Source of the DNA: an uncultured virus (IMG/VR IMGVR_UViG_3300046168_000051)
Lineage: Duplodnaviria > Heunggongvirae > Uroviricota > Caudoviricetes
Direction: 5' to 3' (one strand)
Virus record (IMG/VR): IMGVR_UViG_3300046168_000051
DNA length: 64,000 nt
Part shown: positions 10,568 to 19,597 of the stretch, piece by piece
Position numbering within the stretch: the stretch's first letter is position 1
How the letters are laid out: each line of letters begins with the position of its first letter
Notes under the pieces: generated by a model
What the model was told of the DNA's origin: nothing
Databases searched by the model: none
The model's input: the letters and a program-made list of their open reading frames with translations, nothing else
Position numbers and translations under genes: made by a program

Positions 10568-13500
10568 AATAATTCTTGAGAACACCCCATTCCCAGGAGC
10601 TGGACAAGAAATCGGCGGACATAGGGTCATCGAATCAATGGTGGATGTTGAAGGCAAAAACTGGGCGGTTTACATCAAAGGAAAGCTATCACAGTCTCAA
10701 GTAAAGTCTGCCCTAGCATCCATGACCGCTACTCACTTTGCATTACCAGTACAAGAAGAGTTCAGTCTAATTTCATTCAAACCAAAAGGAATGACTCATG
10801 CACGAACTAACCCTCCAGGCGATGTAACAGTTGTCAGGGGACACATGTATTATGCTCGGCCTAACCCAATATCTAAGTCAGCATTTCATGAAGAAATGGA
10901 TGAAATGCTCATTGATAACCCCGAAAAGCACTTTACCAAATACACTGTAAAAAGTACGGATGCACTACACGAGCGCCTATGGAAAGGGGTAAGCTACGCT
11001 GGTGAATCATATGGCTGGAAGAAGGGCGACGAGCTATGGCATCGTAGGGCTTCATTCATTATGCCCAAAATTAAAATCAATAAGGCACTCAAGGGTGCCA
11101 CCATGTTCTATCACACTCACCCATCTAAAGACGAACCAAGTCTTACCTCCGCAGATGATATTCAGTTTTACTTAGACCTACACTTTGCTTGGGGCATCAA
11201 GAGCTTCTATACTGTAATGAAGCACAAGCTAGACCACTTTACTATCACTGGTAAACCAGGTGGTGCAGAAAAGTACCTAAGGATGGAAGAGGATGCATTC
11301 ATTGATACTGTTGACGGTATGATTGGTAAAGGCGAAGAAGTGGCTAAGAAGGAGGTGGGGGATGATAGGCCGGAAGTTGAATTTCAAAACAGAATTACTA
11401 GAGAAATGGTTGACCTGTTTAACAAGAAGTTCAAGTCAATAGCTAAAATTTCCTTTCGCCCCAAGGCAAAGAACACTGCCAGCAAACTTGCTCGAAAGCC
11501 AGCAAGCAATCCACTCACCGCCCTCGTTAACCCTGCACCAAATCCCCCCATTAAAGTCAAAGACCAATATGTGGCAAAGGCTCTAGAAGAACTGAAAGGC
11601 CTCGACTACGCCCATGAGCACTATGGCGCTGACGAGTACGGACATACAATGTATGTTTACTGGTGGCTAAAGCATCACTTAGCACCAACAGACAAACAAC
11701 CCAAAGGCAGGCTGTTCAAGCTAAATGAATACGGCCTGGATAGTGACACTCGTAAGAAACTCAGAAGCTATCTTTCTCAACCTATTATTGGAAACTACAA
11801 CTACATGGACGCAGTTTACCTCTTAGCACTATACCATGACATAGCCAAGCTTCGTGAAAAGGGTGTAAAGGAACCAGGTTGGGAAATAGGTGCGGAGATG
11901 TTTCGCAATGAAATCGGCCCTGAGCTAAACCTACCATCGAAGCTAACTGAAGACTTGGCATTCTTATTCGACACTGACTTGGGCCGTAAAGGAATAGCAG
12001 ACGAAGACTTCCTAACACAGTCAGGCGACTATTACGGTGCCAGTAAGCTCGTACAGATGGCAGACATGATTACACATCACCCTACAATGTACACTAAGAA
12101 AGGTGGGCAAGCGTACAAGCAAGAGGCTATGGTTAGTATGGTTAACCAACTAAGAGTCTTCCTTGACCACCACTATGTAATTCAAAACCCGCCTCCACAA
12201 GTAAACACACTACAATGGGTATCAGACTATGGCATTGAAGACATACCTTACGGAGCAGCCGAAGAACTTCTAGGGGAGTTCCACCAAAGTGTAATACCTG
12301 ATAATGACGGGAAGACCAAACAACCTAATGACAAAAGTTCAGGTGGCCACATCTATTACATGCGCTTTAACAATAGTGTAATTCCAGGGCTCAGTAGGAC
12401 TTACTCGGCCAACCTCGCGCTAAGCTCTAGCAAACTAACCATCTTTGTAGGGAGCCCAACTCCTGATGACTTAGGTAAGAAGGTAGCCAATGATATTTAC
12501 CAACTAGTAGGAAGCAAGCTCCAGGAGTCCTACTTCGAGATAGAGCTAGAAGTGCCTGCACCGGAAGTACTGGTCAACCCACGCCATGCAAATAAGATAC
12601 AGATTATTTCCATTAGCGGGCCATCAGGCGGTGGAAAGAGTACATTACTACGGTACCTAAGTAAGCACATTCCCAACTCAAGTACTCCACCAACTTACAC
12701 GACACGCCCACAGCGACGCAGCGATGGTCCTGACCGCAAGTTCGTTTCAAAGACACAATTCAAGAGTATGCTAAAGCGCGGAGAGTTTGTTGAATACACT
12801 GTAAGTGCAAATGGACATTACTATGGTCGTCGCTTCAAGGACTTCTTAGGTAATGTGGCTATTATCGAAGTTTCACTTCAAGGTAAGAAAGATTACGAGA
12901 AGCGATTTGCCAATATGTTCACTGTTTACTTAGACCCCGACCCAAAGGTCACTGAAGAACAAAGAGCCAAAGATATCTTCAAGCGCGGAGGCCTAACCAA
13001 AGAAGAAGCTAAGAGAAGGGCAAAGAAAGCTACCGAGTTAGTCGAGAAGTCAAAGAAGATGCAATTCGACCTACGCGTTACAATGATGAAGGGCAAGTAC
13101 AACGAGGGCGCTAAGAAAGTTCTATCAGAAGTACCACTAGTAAATTCAAGACATACTCTCGATGTAGGCATTACTCCCGAAGAGCAAGAAGCTGCAAATA
13201 GAGCTCGCGAACAAAGAAAGGCAGAAGCAGCAGCAGAAGCAGCGGAACTTGCTGAACAATTCCCGCAAGACGATATGGATGTAGGTATCACTCAAGAAGA
13301 GCAGGCGGAAGCAGACCGCCTCTTAGCTGAAAACAAGGAACGCATAGCAAGGGAAGCAGCGGAAGAAGCAGAACGAATCCGCGAATATGAAGAAAGCCTA
13401 ATACAAGACTCTCTCCCTATCACAACCGAAGAGCAAGAGCTAGAAGATGAGTTAGAAGAAGCATACCGCGATATGCACGATGATGCTCCATGGGCAAACC

Positions 13501-16500
13501 CAAAGAAAGACCTATTCGACTGGTTTGAAGACTGGGCTAAACTCATCAATATGAAGAACAAAGAGCTCAAGACATTCCTTGACTCCGACTGGGGCAAGGT
13601 AGCGGGTCTATCCCCACAAGAAGCAAAGAAGCTTGGTATCAACAGTGGCCGCACTAGTGGAAGGCGTATTCTAGCTATGCGTAAGAAACTAGGACTGGGC
13701 GGCCCTAAAGACTACATCAAAGGACCTCGCCACTTAGAAGACATGTATGCAAAGGCAATAGATAAGTGGACTGGACCTGCTACTAAGAAAGGAACAGACT
13801 GGTATTGGTGTACTCGCCAAGTAAGATTCAACAAGAGGTTCATGGGTGATAACTTCGGTGAGCGTAAAGGCCCACTAGTTAAGAAACAAAAGACTCAGAA
13901 TCAACCAAGCCGTAGGCTACTTTCACTATGGGTATGGGGACATGACCCTTGGAGGTACGCTCGTAAGAACGGAGTAAACCGTATGCCAAAGTGTCCTGAT
14001 GTACCTTGGGTTGGCCGTACTGAGAAAATCAAGTACGGTAAGATAGAGGTTATTCCAGGCCCAAGAAAGAACCCACCTCCCATGATATCAGCGCCCGACA
14101 TTGAGAAGTGGGAGTCTCGCTACGGTACAATAACAACGGCGACTATTGACGAACTAGCTGACATGGCAAACAAAAAACTTGAAGCACTGAAAGTCGACCA
14201 CGCTATGAACATTTTCACTCCTGAGTGGACCTTAGATGCACCGGAATTTATATCTCAAAAGATACGAGATAAAATTTTGAAATGGGCTAATGATGATGTA
14301 AAGCAGTATCGAGTACGACTTTTTGATGCTAAAAATCCAAATCAGACCATTACTCAGCGAAATGCTGTCTTTATTGAGTCACCAATGCCCGAAGAAATCC
14401 TCGACTACCTTTACGATAAAAAAACCACCAAAAGAGGTAGTGTGTATTTGGAGGGAGGAGGGCCGGTTTATCTTAGTTTAGGGAGGTTTAGTGGGCCGCC
14501 TGGAAAAGTTTCTTATGGCGTATCACAAGCAGTAGCAACTATGGCAAACCAAGCAAAGACAAGGTTTCCTTACACCTATGGTGGGTTTGGTGGGGGCATG
14601 AGACCAAACTTAGAGGGCAAGGGATATTACGGCCTGGTTAAGTTGATAGATGCCTTTTTCCATGAGCTAAATGGCTGGGAAGATTACAGCGAAGGTACTA
14701 CCCCAATGAGAACCGACCTGTATCAGTCATATGGATGGTTAAACGCTTACGCTTATCCTACTAACACACCTTATTTCACACAAGCCGCTGAAGATTACTT
14801 AGAGTCTAAAAGAAAGGGCCCCGGTAAAGATGCTAGATATGATGAAGTTTGGCGGCCCGTGTATAGTGCAAAGAAGAACCCACACTACTCTCCTCCTCCT
14901 GGTATCGCTATGTTCCCTGGAGAACTACACCAAGGCCCAGCGGCGCTCTATCAACAAACTATCTCTATCTCTCAACTCAACCCTCCTAGACCCATCACTG
15001 TAATGTTGAATCGAATAGATGTAGGCCTTCCTGAGTTAGAAGATAAAAGCGGCGGCGAGTTCATCGCTCTAAATTTCCACCCTGACTATATCCCCGCTAT
15101 GCACAAAGCAGTTGGAGTAAAAATGGCAAAAAAGAGCGAAGCAACTCCGGGTAGCGAAGGAACACATGAAGAATACCCCAGTGGCTACTTCAATGATTTC
15201 ATTACTGTAAACTTGGAAGGCCTTGGCCCAATTGATGTGGATTGGAAACTAGCAAGACTAGTTGAGGCCCTAAACAACAAGCACGGTATAGAAACAATGG
15301 GAGCAGACCAAGGTGGATTTGATTTGTATACTAAATTCCAAGGAGGTGAGTATATTCTTCACCCGGTCTTCTATGGTTTTATTTCCTGTAACAAAGACTC
15401 CATGGAGAAGCTCGTTAAATTGTTCGGGGACATACCAGGCTTTGAAGTAGGCCCGGACCAATACTCCCCTAACTTAGGCAAGACTATGCCATTACCAAAA
15501 CTCAACCCTCCTCGCTCTAAGCCCTTCCCTTGGAATAAGAACCGTGTAAAGAAGTCACCGTTCAAGACAATGAAGAAGGCACAAGCAACTTATGACCTAT
15601 GGAAGAAAGGAAAGGCAATTGGTTTTAGTGCCAACTCTTCTCTCAAGTCTATGGGTAAGATTCCTCGTGCTAGTGGTAAGTATGAAGTGGGCTATGTAGC
15701 GAAGAACCCACCTTTAATCACTATAAACAAAGGATGGCATGTTACTAAGACTGAGTTCGTTCCTTCGATTATGAAGAATGGTTTGTTAATGGGGCGACCA
15801 GGAATATCTCCGCTTGGATATAGTATGTCAAGCAATGTTGAAATGGCTAACTATATGCATAAGACTCTGACCCGTGCAATACTATTCGCGAAGAGGAGAG
15901 AAGAGAAACATGGACCACAGACAATAATTGAAGTGGACTTGAGGCCGTACTCAAATGCCGATTTGGGGTCAGAACCATATGGATATAGGGAGCATCCAGA
16001 CATAAATGAGCGATTTTTGAATGATACCCAAATTATGATAACACAAGATATCCCACCTAGTAACCTTTCAGTAGTACCTCAAAGGGTAATAGACGACTTT
16101 TGGAGAAGAGAAGAAGAAGCAAGAGGAAACCCTAAGGCAATGAACAACCCACCTGAAGAACATATTCACTGGGATGAGTACCATTCCCACCTGACTGATT
16201 ATCATGTTGATGAACGGCAGAACCCAGCCAAGAAAGCATGTCCAAAGCCGCCAAAGAAAGGCATTATCATTTACGGTGCAACTTGGTGCCACTGGTGTCA
16301 AGAAGCAAAGAAGTACCTTGATGAGAAGGGTAAGAAGTACAAGTATGTGGATATTGACGAAGTTAAGGACTACGGGAAGACAATTTACCCCCTTACTAAC
16401 GACTACAAGTATATCCCAGTAATATTCGTTGATGGGAAATTCATCGGAGGCTACTCGGAGTTAGTAGCAAAGAAGAACCCAGTATTTGTTATAGGAGAAG

Positions 16501-17438
16501 AGGGTGGCAATCTAGATTTAAGGATAGTAGCACCAAATAGAGACCCAATTATGTTAGAGGCATTAAGGGCAGCAACCGACAAGTCATTTAAGCATCACAA
16601 ATGGTATGTTAAGCATCACCTTGACTATGTAATGGCTATTGCTAAGGCGATTGTTAAGAGCGATGAAGAAGAAGACCAGCAGTTAATCCACGATATGGTA
16701 TGGATGCATGACTACCCTAAGATGATGGGAGACAAAGACAACTACGAACTTGTTAGAGAGTTTGTGTCCAAGCATCGAGATGAAAGGTACACCGACCGCT
16801 TGATGAATCAACTACGCTGGATGGAAGAAATCAAATCACCTGATTGGAGTGGAAGAACTACTACTATTGCGGCTGTAATGTCCACAGCAGATGCTCTCGC
16901 TCACTACTACGGGCCCTTCTTCCAAATCTTCCATGATGAAAACCCCGACACACCCATAGCTGAACTCAAGAAGATGAATAAAGAAAAGTTGGAAAGAGAT
17001 AAGCGTAAAGTAAGGGCAGGGCCAAGGCTAAAGGCACTTGACTCTATCAAATTCAAGTACAGGGGTCGTAAGGTAAGAGTAGTAGGTAACAAACACATAG
17101 CCGAGCTAATTGAAAGAAAGAACCCAATGGCGCCTGGCTACCAATCATACGGGTGGACTACTCAAGACTGGCGCTCTATCAAAGTAAACAGTAAGGGTGA
17201 CATTGATTACTCACAAAAGTGTGGGGCAGAAGGAACGCGCACCAAGAGTGGCAAGCCACGACTATGTTTACCAGCTCCAGTAATTAGGTCACTGATGAAA
17301 ACAGAATCAGGCAAAGAAGTACTAAGGACACAAGCACGAAAGAAGCTTAGAGCAAAGAAAGGAGAGAAAGTACCTTGGCACCCACGAATCAAAAAGCTAC
17401 ACAAGAAGCTTGAAGAAAACACACCGGAGGACCGATAA
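10542..17438 (+). CDS. 2298-aa polyprotein-like multi-enzyme protein (JAB/MPN, HD, guanylate-kinase-like, acidic repeats, DUF3140-like, GNAT-like, ART/KptA-like, glutaredoxin, second HD)
   Basis: YHTHPS...SADD; YHDIAK...MADM; GPSGGGKST/TTRPQR/HYYG; SLWVWGHDP; EGKGYY; WHVT...IMKNGL; WCHWC...IPVIFVDGKFIGG; HH...MHDYPK...TADA; domains separated by xxNP motifs. Confidence 0.85.
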   Translation: MMTMSSRVEIILENTPFPGAGQEIGGHRVIESMVDVEGKNWAVYIKGKLSQSQVKSALASMTATHFALPVQEEFSLISFKPKGMTHARTNPPGDVTVVRGHMYYARPNPISKSAFHEEMDEMLIDNPEKHFTKYTVKSTDALHERLWKGVSYAGESYGWKKGDELWHRRASFIMPKIKINKALKGATMFYHTHPSKDEPSLTSADDIQFYLDLHFAWGIKSFYTVMKHKLDHFTITGKPGGAEKYLRMEEDAFIDTVDGMIGKGEEVAKKEVGDDRPEVEFQNRITREMVDLFNKKFKSIAKISFRPKAKNTASKLARKPASNPLTALVNPAPNPPIKVKDQYVAKALEELKGLDYAHEHYGADEYGHTMYVYWWLKHHLAPTDKQPKGRLFKLNEYGLDSDTRKKLRSYLSQPIIGNYNYMDAVYLLALYHDIAKLREKGVKEPGWEIGAEMFRNEIGPELNLPSKLTEDLAFLFDTDLGRKGIADEDFLTQSGDYYGASKLVQMADMITHHPTMYTKKGGQAYKQEAMVSMVNQLRVFLDHHYVIQNPPPQVNTLQWVSDYGIEDIPYGAAEELLGEFHQSVIPDNDGKTKQPNDKSSGGHIYYMRFNNSVIPGLSRTYSANLALSSSKLTIFVGSPTPDDLGKKVANDIYQLVGSKLQESYFEIELEVPAPEVLVNPRHANKIQIISISGPSGGGKSTLLRYLSKHIPNSSTPPTYTTRPQRRSDGPDRKFVSKTQFKSMLKRGEFVEYTVSANGHYYGRRFKDFLGNVAIIEVSLQGKKDYEKRFANMFTVYLDPDPKVTEEQRAKDIFKRGGLTKEEAKRRAKKATELVEKSKKMQFDLRVTMMKGKYNEGAKKVLSEVPLVNSRHTLDVGITPEEQEAANRAREQRKAEAAAEAAELAEQFPQDDMDVGITQEEQAEADRLLAENKERIAREAAEEAERIREYEESLIQDSLPITTEEQELEDELEEAYRDMHDDAPWANPKKDLFDWFEDWAKLINMKNKELKTFLDSDWGKVAGLSPQEAKKLGINSGRTSGRRILAMRKKLGLGGPKDYIKGPRHLEDMYAKAIDKWTGPATKKGTDWYWCTRQVRFNKRFMGDNFGERKGPLVKKQKTQNQPSRRLLSLWVWGHDPWRYARKNGVNRMPKCPDVPWVGRTEKIKYGKIEVIPGPRKNPPPMISAPDIEKWESRYGTITTATIDELADMANKKLEALKVDHAMNIFTPEWTLDAPEFISQKIRDKILKWANDDVKQYRVRLFDAKNPNQTITQRNAVFIESPMPEEILDYLYDKKTTKRGSVYLEGGGPVYLSLGRFSGPPGKVSYGVSQAVATMANQAKTRFPYTYGGFGGGMRPNLEGKGYYGLVKLIDAFFHELNGWEDYSEGTTPMRTDLYQSYGWLNAYAYPTNTPYFTQAAEDYLESKRKGPGKDARYDEVWRPVYSAKKNPHYSPPPGIAMFPGELHQGPAALYQQTISISQLNPPRPITVMLNRIDVGLPELEDKSGGEFIALNFHPDYIPAMHKAVGVKMAKKSEATPGSEGTHEEYPSGYFNDFITVNLEGLGPIDVDWKLARLVEALNNKHGIETMGADQGGFDLYTKFQGGEYILHPVFYGFISCNKDSMEKLVKLFGDIPGFEVGPDQYSPNLGKTMPLPKLNPPRSKPFPWNKNRVKKSPFKTMKKAQATYDLWKKGKAIGFSANSSLKSMGKIPRASGKYEVGYVAKNPPLITINKGWHVTKTEFVPSIMKNGLLMGRPGISPLGYSMSSNVEMANYMHKTLTRAILFAKRREEKHGPQTIIEVDLRPYSNADLGSEPYGYREHPDINERFLNDTQIMITQDIPPSNLSVVPQRVIDDFWRREEEARGNPKAMNNPPEEHIHWDEYHSHLTDYHVDERQNPAKKACPKPPKKGIIIYGATWCHWCQEAKKYLDEKGKKYKYVDIDEVKDYGKTIYPLTNDYKYIPVIFVDGKFIGGYSELVAKKNPVFVIGEEGGNLDLRIVAPNRDPIMLEALRAATDKSFKHHKWYVKHHLDYVMAIAKAIVKSDEEEDQQLIHDMVWMHDYPKMMGDKDNYELVREFVSKHRDERYTDRLMNQLRWMEEIKSPDWSGRTTTIAAVMSTADALAHYYGPFFQIFHDENPDTPIAELKKMNKEKLERDKRKVRAGPRLKALDSIKFKYRGRKVRVVGNKHIAELIERKNPMAPGYQSYGWTTQDWRSIKVNSKGDIDYSQKCGAEGTRTKSGKPRLCLPAPVIRSLMKTESGKEVLRTQARKKLRAKKGEKVPWHPRIKKLHKKLEENTPEDR

Positions 17439-17920
17439 TGGACGCGAGAGAATATCCTAGCTACAAAGTCATAGGTGCTAGTGGTAACATAGCTATTGCC
17501 ACTCTAGCGCATAACGAGTGGGTTCCTTTCGTTAACACTCAGCTAAGTGAAGAAAACAAAGAGTGGTATTCGACACCAGGGATGCGCCAAGTACACAATT
17601 TTACGGGCAGGGGTTATTTCCCAAGAGGGATTACACTAGGTTCTGAAAACGGCGCTTTGATAGTAATAGATGATACTTACGCTAATGATGAAAAGCTAAT
17701 CGCTCACGAATATGGTCATGCCATAGGCTATGGGCATACAAGCTACCCTACGACAATGAACCCAGTAAGTAGCATGAGACTGTACGATTCTGAAGGTTTG
17801 ATTCCTAGGTTTAGAGAGAAGTTCCCTGAGTTGGCTAAGACAATAAGGGAGAACAAACCAATTCAAATCCCTACTGTATTCCTTACAGGGGCATTTCTCT
17901 TGTTCTTCCTTAGGGGCTAA
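17438..17920 (+). CDS. Matrixin-like (metzincin) zinc metallopeptidase with C-terminal membrane anchor
   Basis: HEYGHAIGYGH zinc motif followed by a Met-turn (TTMNP); hydrophobic C-terminus; TAATG coupling to the polyprotein. Confidence 0.85.
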   Translation: MDAREYPSYKVIGASGNIAIATLAHNEWVPFVNTQLSEENKEWYSTPGMRQVHNFTGRGYFPRGITLGSENGALIVIDDTYANDEKLIAHEYGHAIGYGHTSYPTTMNPVSSMRLYDSEGLIPRFREKFPELAKTIRENKPIQIPTVFLTGAFLLFFLRG

Positions 17921-17950
17921 CCTTTTGTTCGTCGCGTACCTACGAGTAGC

Positions 17951-18679
17951 ATGGTTGCTAAGCGATTGCTCGATAATATCGGTCGCCGCCATACTGCAAT
18001 CATAGGTCAGACCCGCTCAGGCAAGACATACGCTACTAGGTTTATCCTTAAGAAGCTCCAACAGGAAGGAATCCATACAATCTTCTTCGACCCTAAGCAC
18101 GATGATGACTATGCCGACCTAGGAATAATCTGCTACTCCCCCATGCAGGTCTATGCAAAGTTACTCTCCAAGACTCCGAAGATTATCTATCGGCCTAACC
18201 CTGAGAAAAATAAGAGACAAGAAGAACTGACGCGTGTCATAAATCTCGCCTTCGAGGTATCGAAGACTAGAGGTTACAAGAGAATAAAGCGGGTATTCGC
18301 TATTGATGAAGTACAACTGATGGTAAAGAAGGGGGGTAACGATGGAATCGAAAGGCTTTGGACTGTTGGAGCTGGACAAGGGATATTGGGATTAGCAATT
18401 ACTCAGCGCATTCAGCTACTCAACGAAACAATTTGGTCGCAGTCAGAAAATAAAATTCTCTTCAAGGTCGAAGACCGACCGGAATACCTTCGTTCTCGTA
18501 ACCTAGACCATTATGCAGAACTACTCCCCTACTTTCAAGCTCCTGAAAACCGGTACTGGTTTTACGCCACCGTAGGAGATGGCGTGTGGAAAAAGCACCC
18601 CCCAGTGGGAGAAAAGAAAGAAAAGACCGGCAATCCCAATAACATGAGGCGACTACGCTTGTCTCGATGGCAGTCTTAA
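17951..18679 (+). CDS. FtsK/HerA-superfamily ATPase, probable A32-like genome-packaging ATPase
   Basis: Walker A GQTRSGKT, FFDPK, Walker B FAIDEVQ, AITQR motif; compact 242 aa as in packaging ATPases of tailless icosahedral viruses. Confidence 0.8.
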   Translation: MVAKRLLDNIGRRHTAIIGQTRSGKTYATRFILKKLQQEGIHTIFFDPKHDDDYADLGIICYSPMQVYAKLLSKTPKIIYRPNPEKNKRQEELTRVINLAFEVSKTRGYKRIKRVFAIDEVQLMVKKGGNDGIERLWTVGAGQGILGLAITQRIQLLNETIWSQSENKILFKVEDRPEYLRSRNLDHYAELLPYFQAPENRYWFYATVGDGVWKKHPPVGEKKEKTGNPNNMRRLRLSRWQS

Positions 18680-19293
18680 TCACCATACCGCACGGAGCCA
18701 CCCCTAGCGGTGATGGTACTCACAATAGTGATACGGGAGCGTTGAAAATGCTCCCCTACTTAGAAGAAGCATTAGAAGAGTTAGATATTCCCTTTGTGTC
18801 TATGGTAGGTACCGTAAATAGGGACATTTTAGACTTGAACCGACTTAGGGCATTCTCTCACCCTTGGGTGCAAGAGGCAAGAAAGGAGTTACTATCAGCA
18901 GAAGTACACATAGACTTGCATTCATATCCATATGTCGAAGAAGCGATAAGAAGTAGTAAAGGGTATGATTTAGCTGTGTGGTCCCAGCATACAGTAGTAT
19001 TGTTCAACACTCCTGAAATAACTGACCAAGACTTCTTACAAGGCATAGAAAGTGAGTTAGAAAACATGAGCATAAGAACCGCAGAAGAACAAGGTGGCTT
19101 TGAAAACTACATTAGCAATATGGCTAGTGTACTATTCGATGTTCCGTCACTACTTGTGGAAGTTAACGAGGGGGATTCCCGAAACTATCCCCAGGTGGCA
19201 TCTGCCCTGGCGGTGGGAATACTGAACCACCTTGAACTCCTTTCCGAGCCGCTTCCTCTAGACGGCGAGACTCTTCCTGCTGAAGACGCATGA
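18667..19293 (+). CDS. N-formylglutamate amidohydrolase-like (Zn-carboxypeptidase fold) protein
   Basis: ITIPHG, D, DLNR, IDLHS and LLVEVN motifs in family order. Confidence 0.65.
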   Translation: MAVLITIPHGATPSGDGTHNSDTGALKMLPYLEEALEELDIPFVSMVGTVNRDILDLNRLRAFSHPWVQEARKELLSAEVHIDLHSYPYVEEAIRSSKGYDLAVWSQHTVVLFNTPEITDQDFLQGIESELENMSIRTAEEQGGFENYISNMASVLFDVPSLLVEVNEGDSRNYPQVASALAVGILNHLELLSEPLPLDGETLPAEDA

Positions 19294-19477
19294 TATGAGC
19301 TACATGTTGTCGCAGTAGCTGTAAAGACCAAGCTATCGCATGGCTACGACTTTGAAACATTCTATGCTGAATACCTTGGTCAATGAAGTTAATATCGTTC
19401 ATATCAAGAGTAATAGAAATGGCTTGCTTCCTCAGCTTATCACGCTCAGGGTGCCGGGCCATCAGTTCCCCCAGCAT
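19163..19477 (-). CDS. Ribbon-helix-helix (CopG/Arc-like) regulator
   Basis: ISITLD...FID...FQSRSHAI pattern; divergent from the core-protein gene. Confidence 0.7.
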   Translation of the reverse strand: MLGELMARHPERDKLRKQAISITLDMNDINFIDQGIQHRMFQSRSHAIAWSLQLLRQHVAHIMRLQQEESRRLEEAARKGVQGGSVFPPPGQMPPGDSFGNPPR

Positions 19478-19527
19478 CTCTATGGTAATTAGGGTTGGGG
19501 ATATTTACACTTGTACTAAGTAAACTA

Positions 19528-19548
19528 TGATACTATCACATAGTATCA
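19528..19548. promoter_or_regulatory. Perfect inverted repeat, candidate operator
   Basis: TGATACTAT-cac-ATAGTATCA, 7 nt upstream of CTTTATA (19556-19562) in a divergent intergenic region. Confidence 0.65.
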
Positions 19549-19597
19549 CAGCCTCCTTTATACCCTCAGCCCTAATGGCCTAACCACAGGTGGTGAA

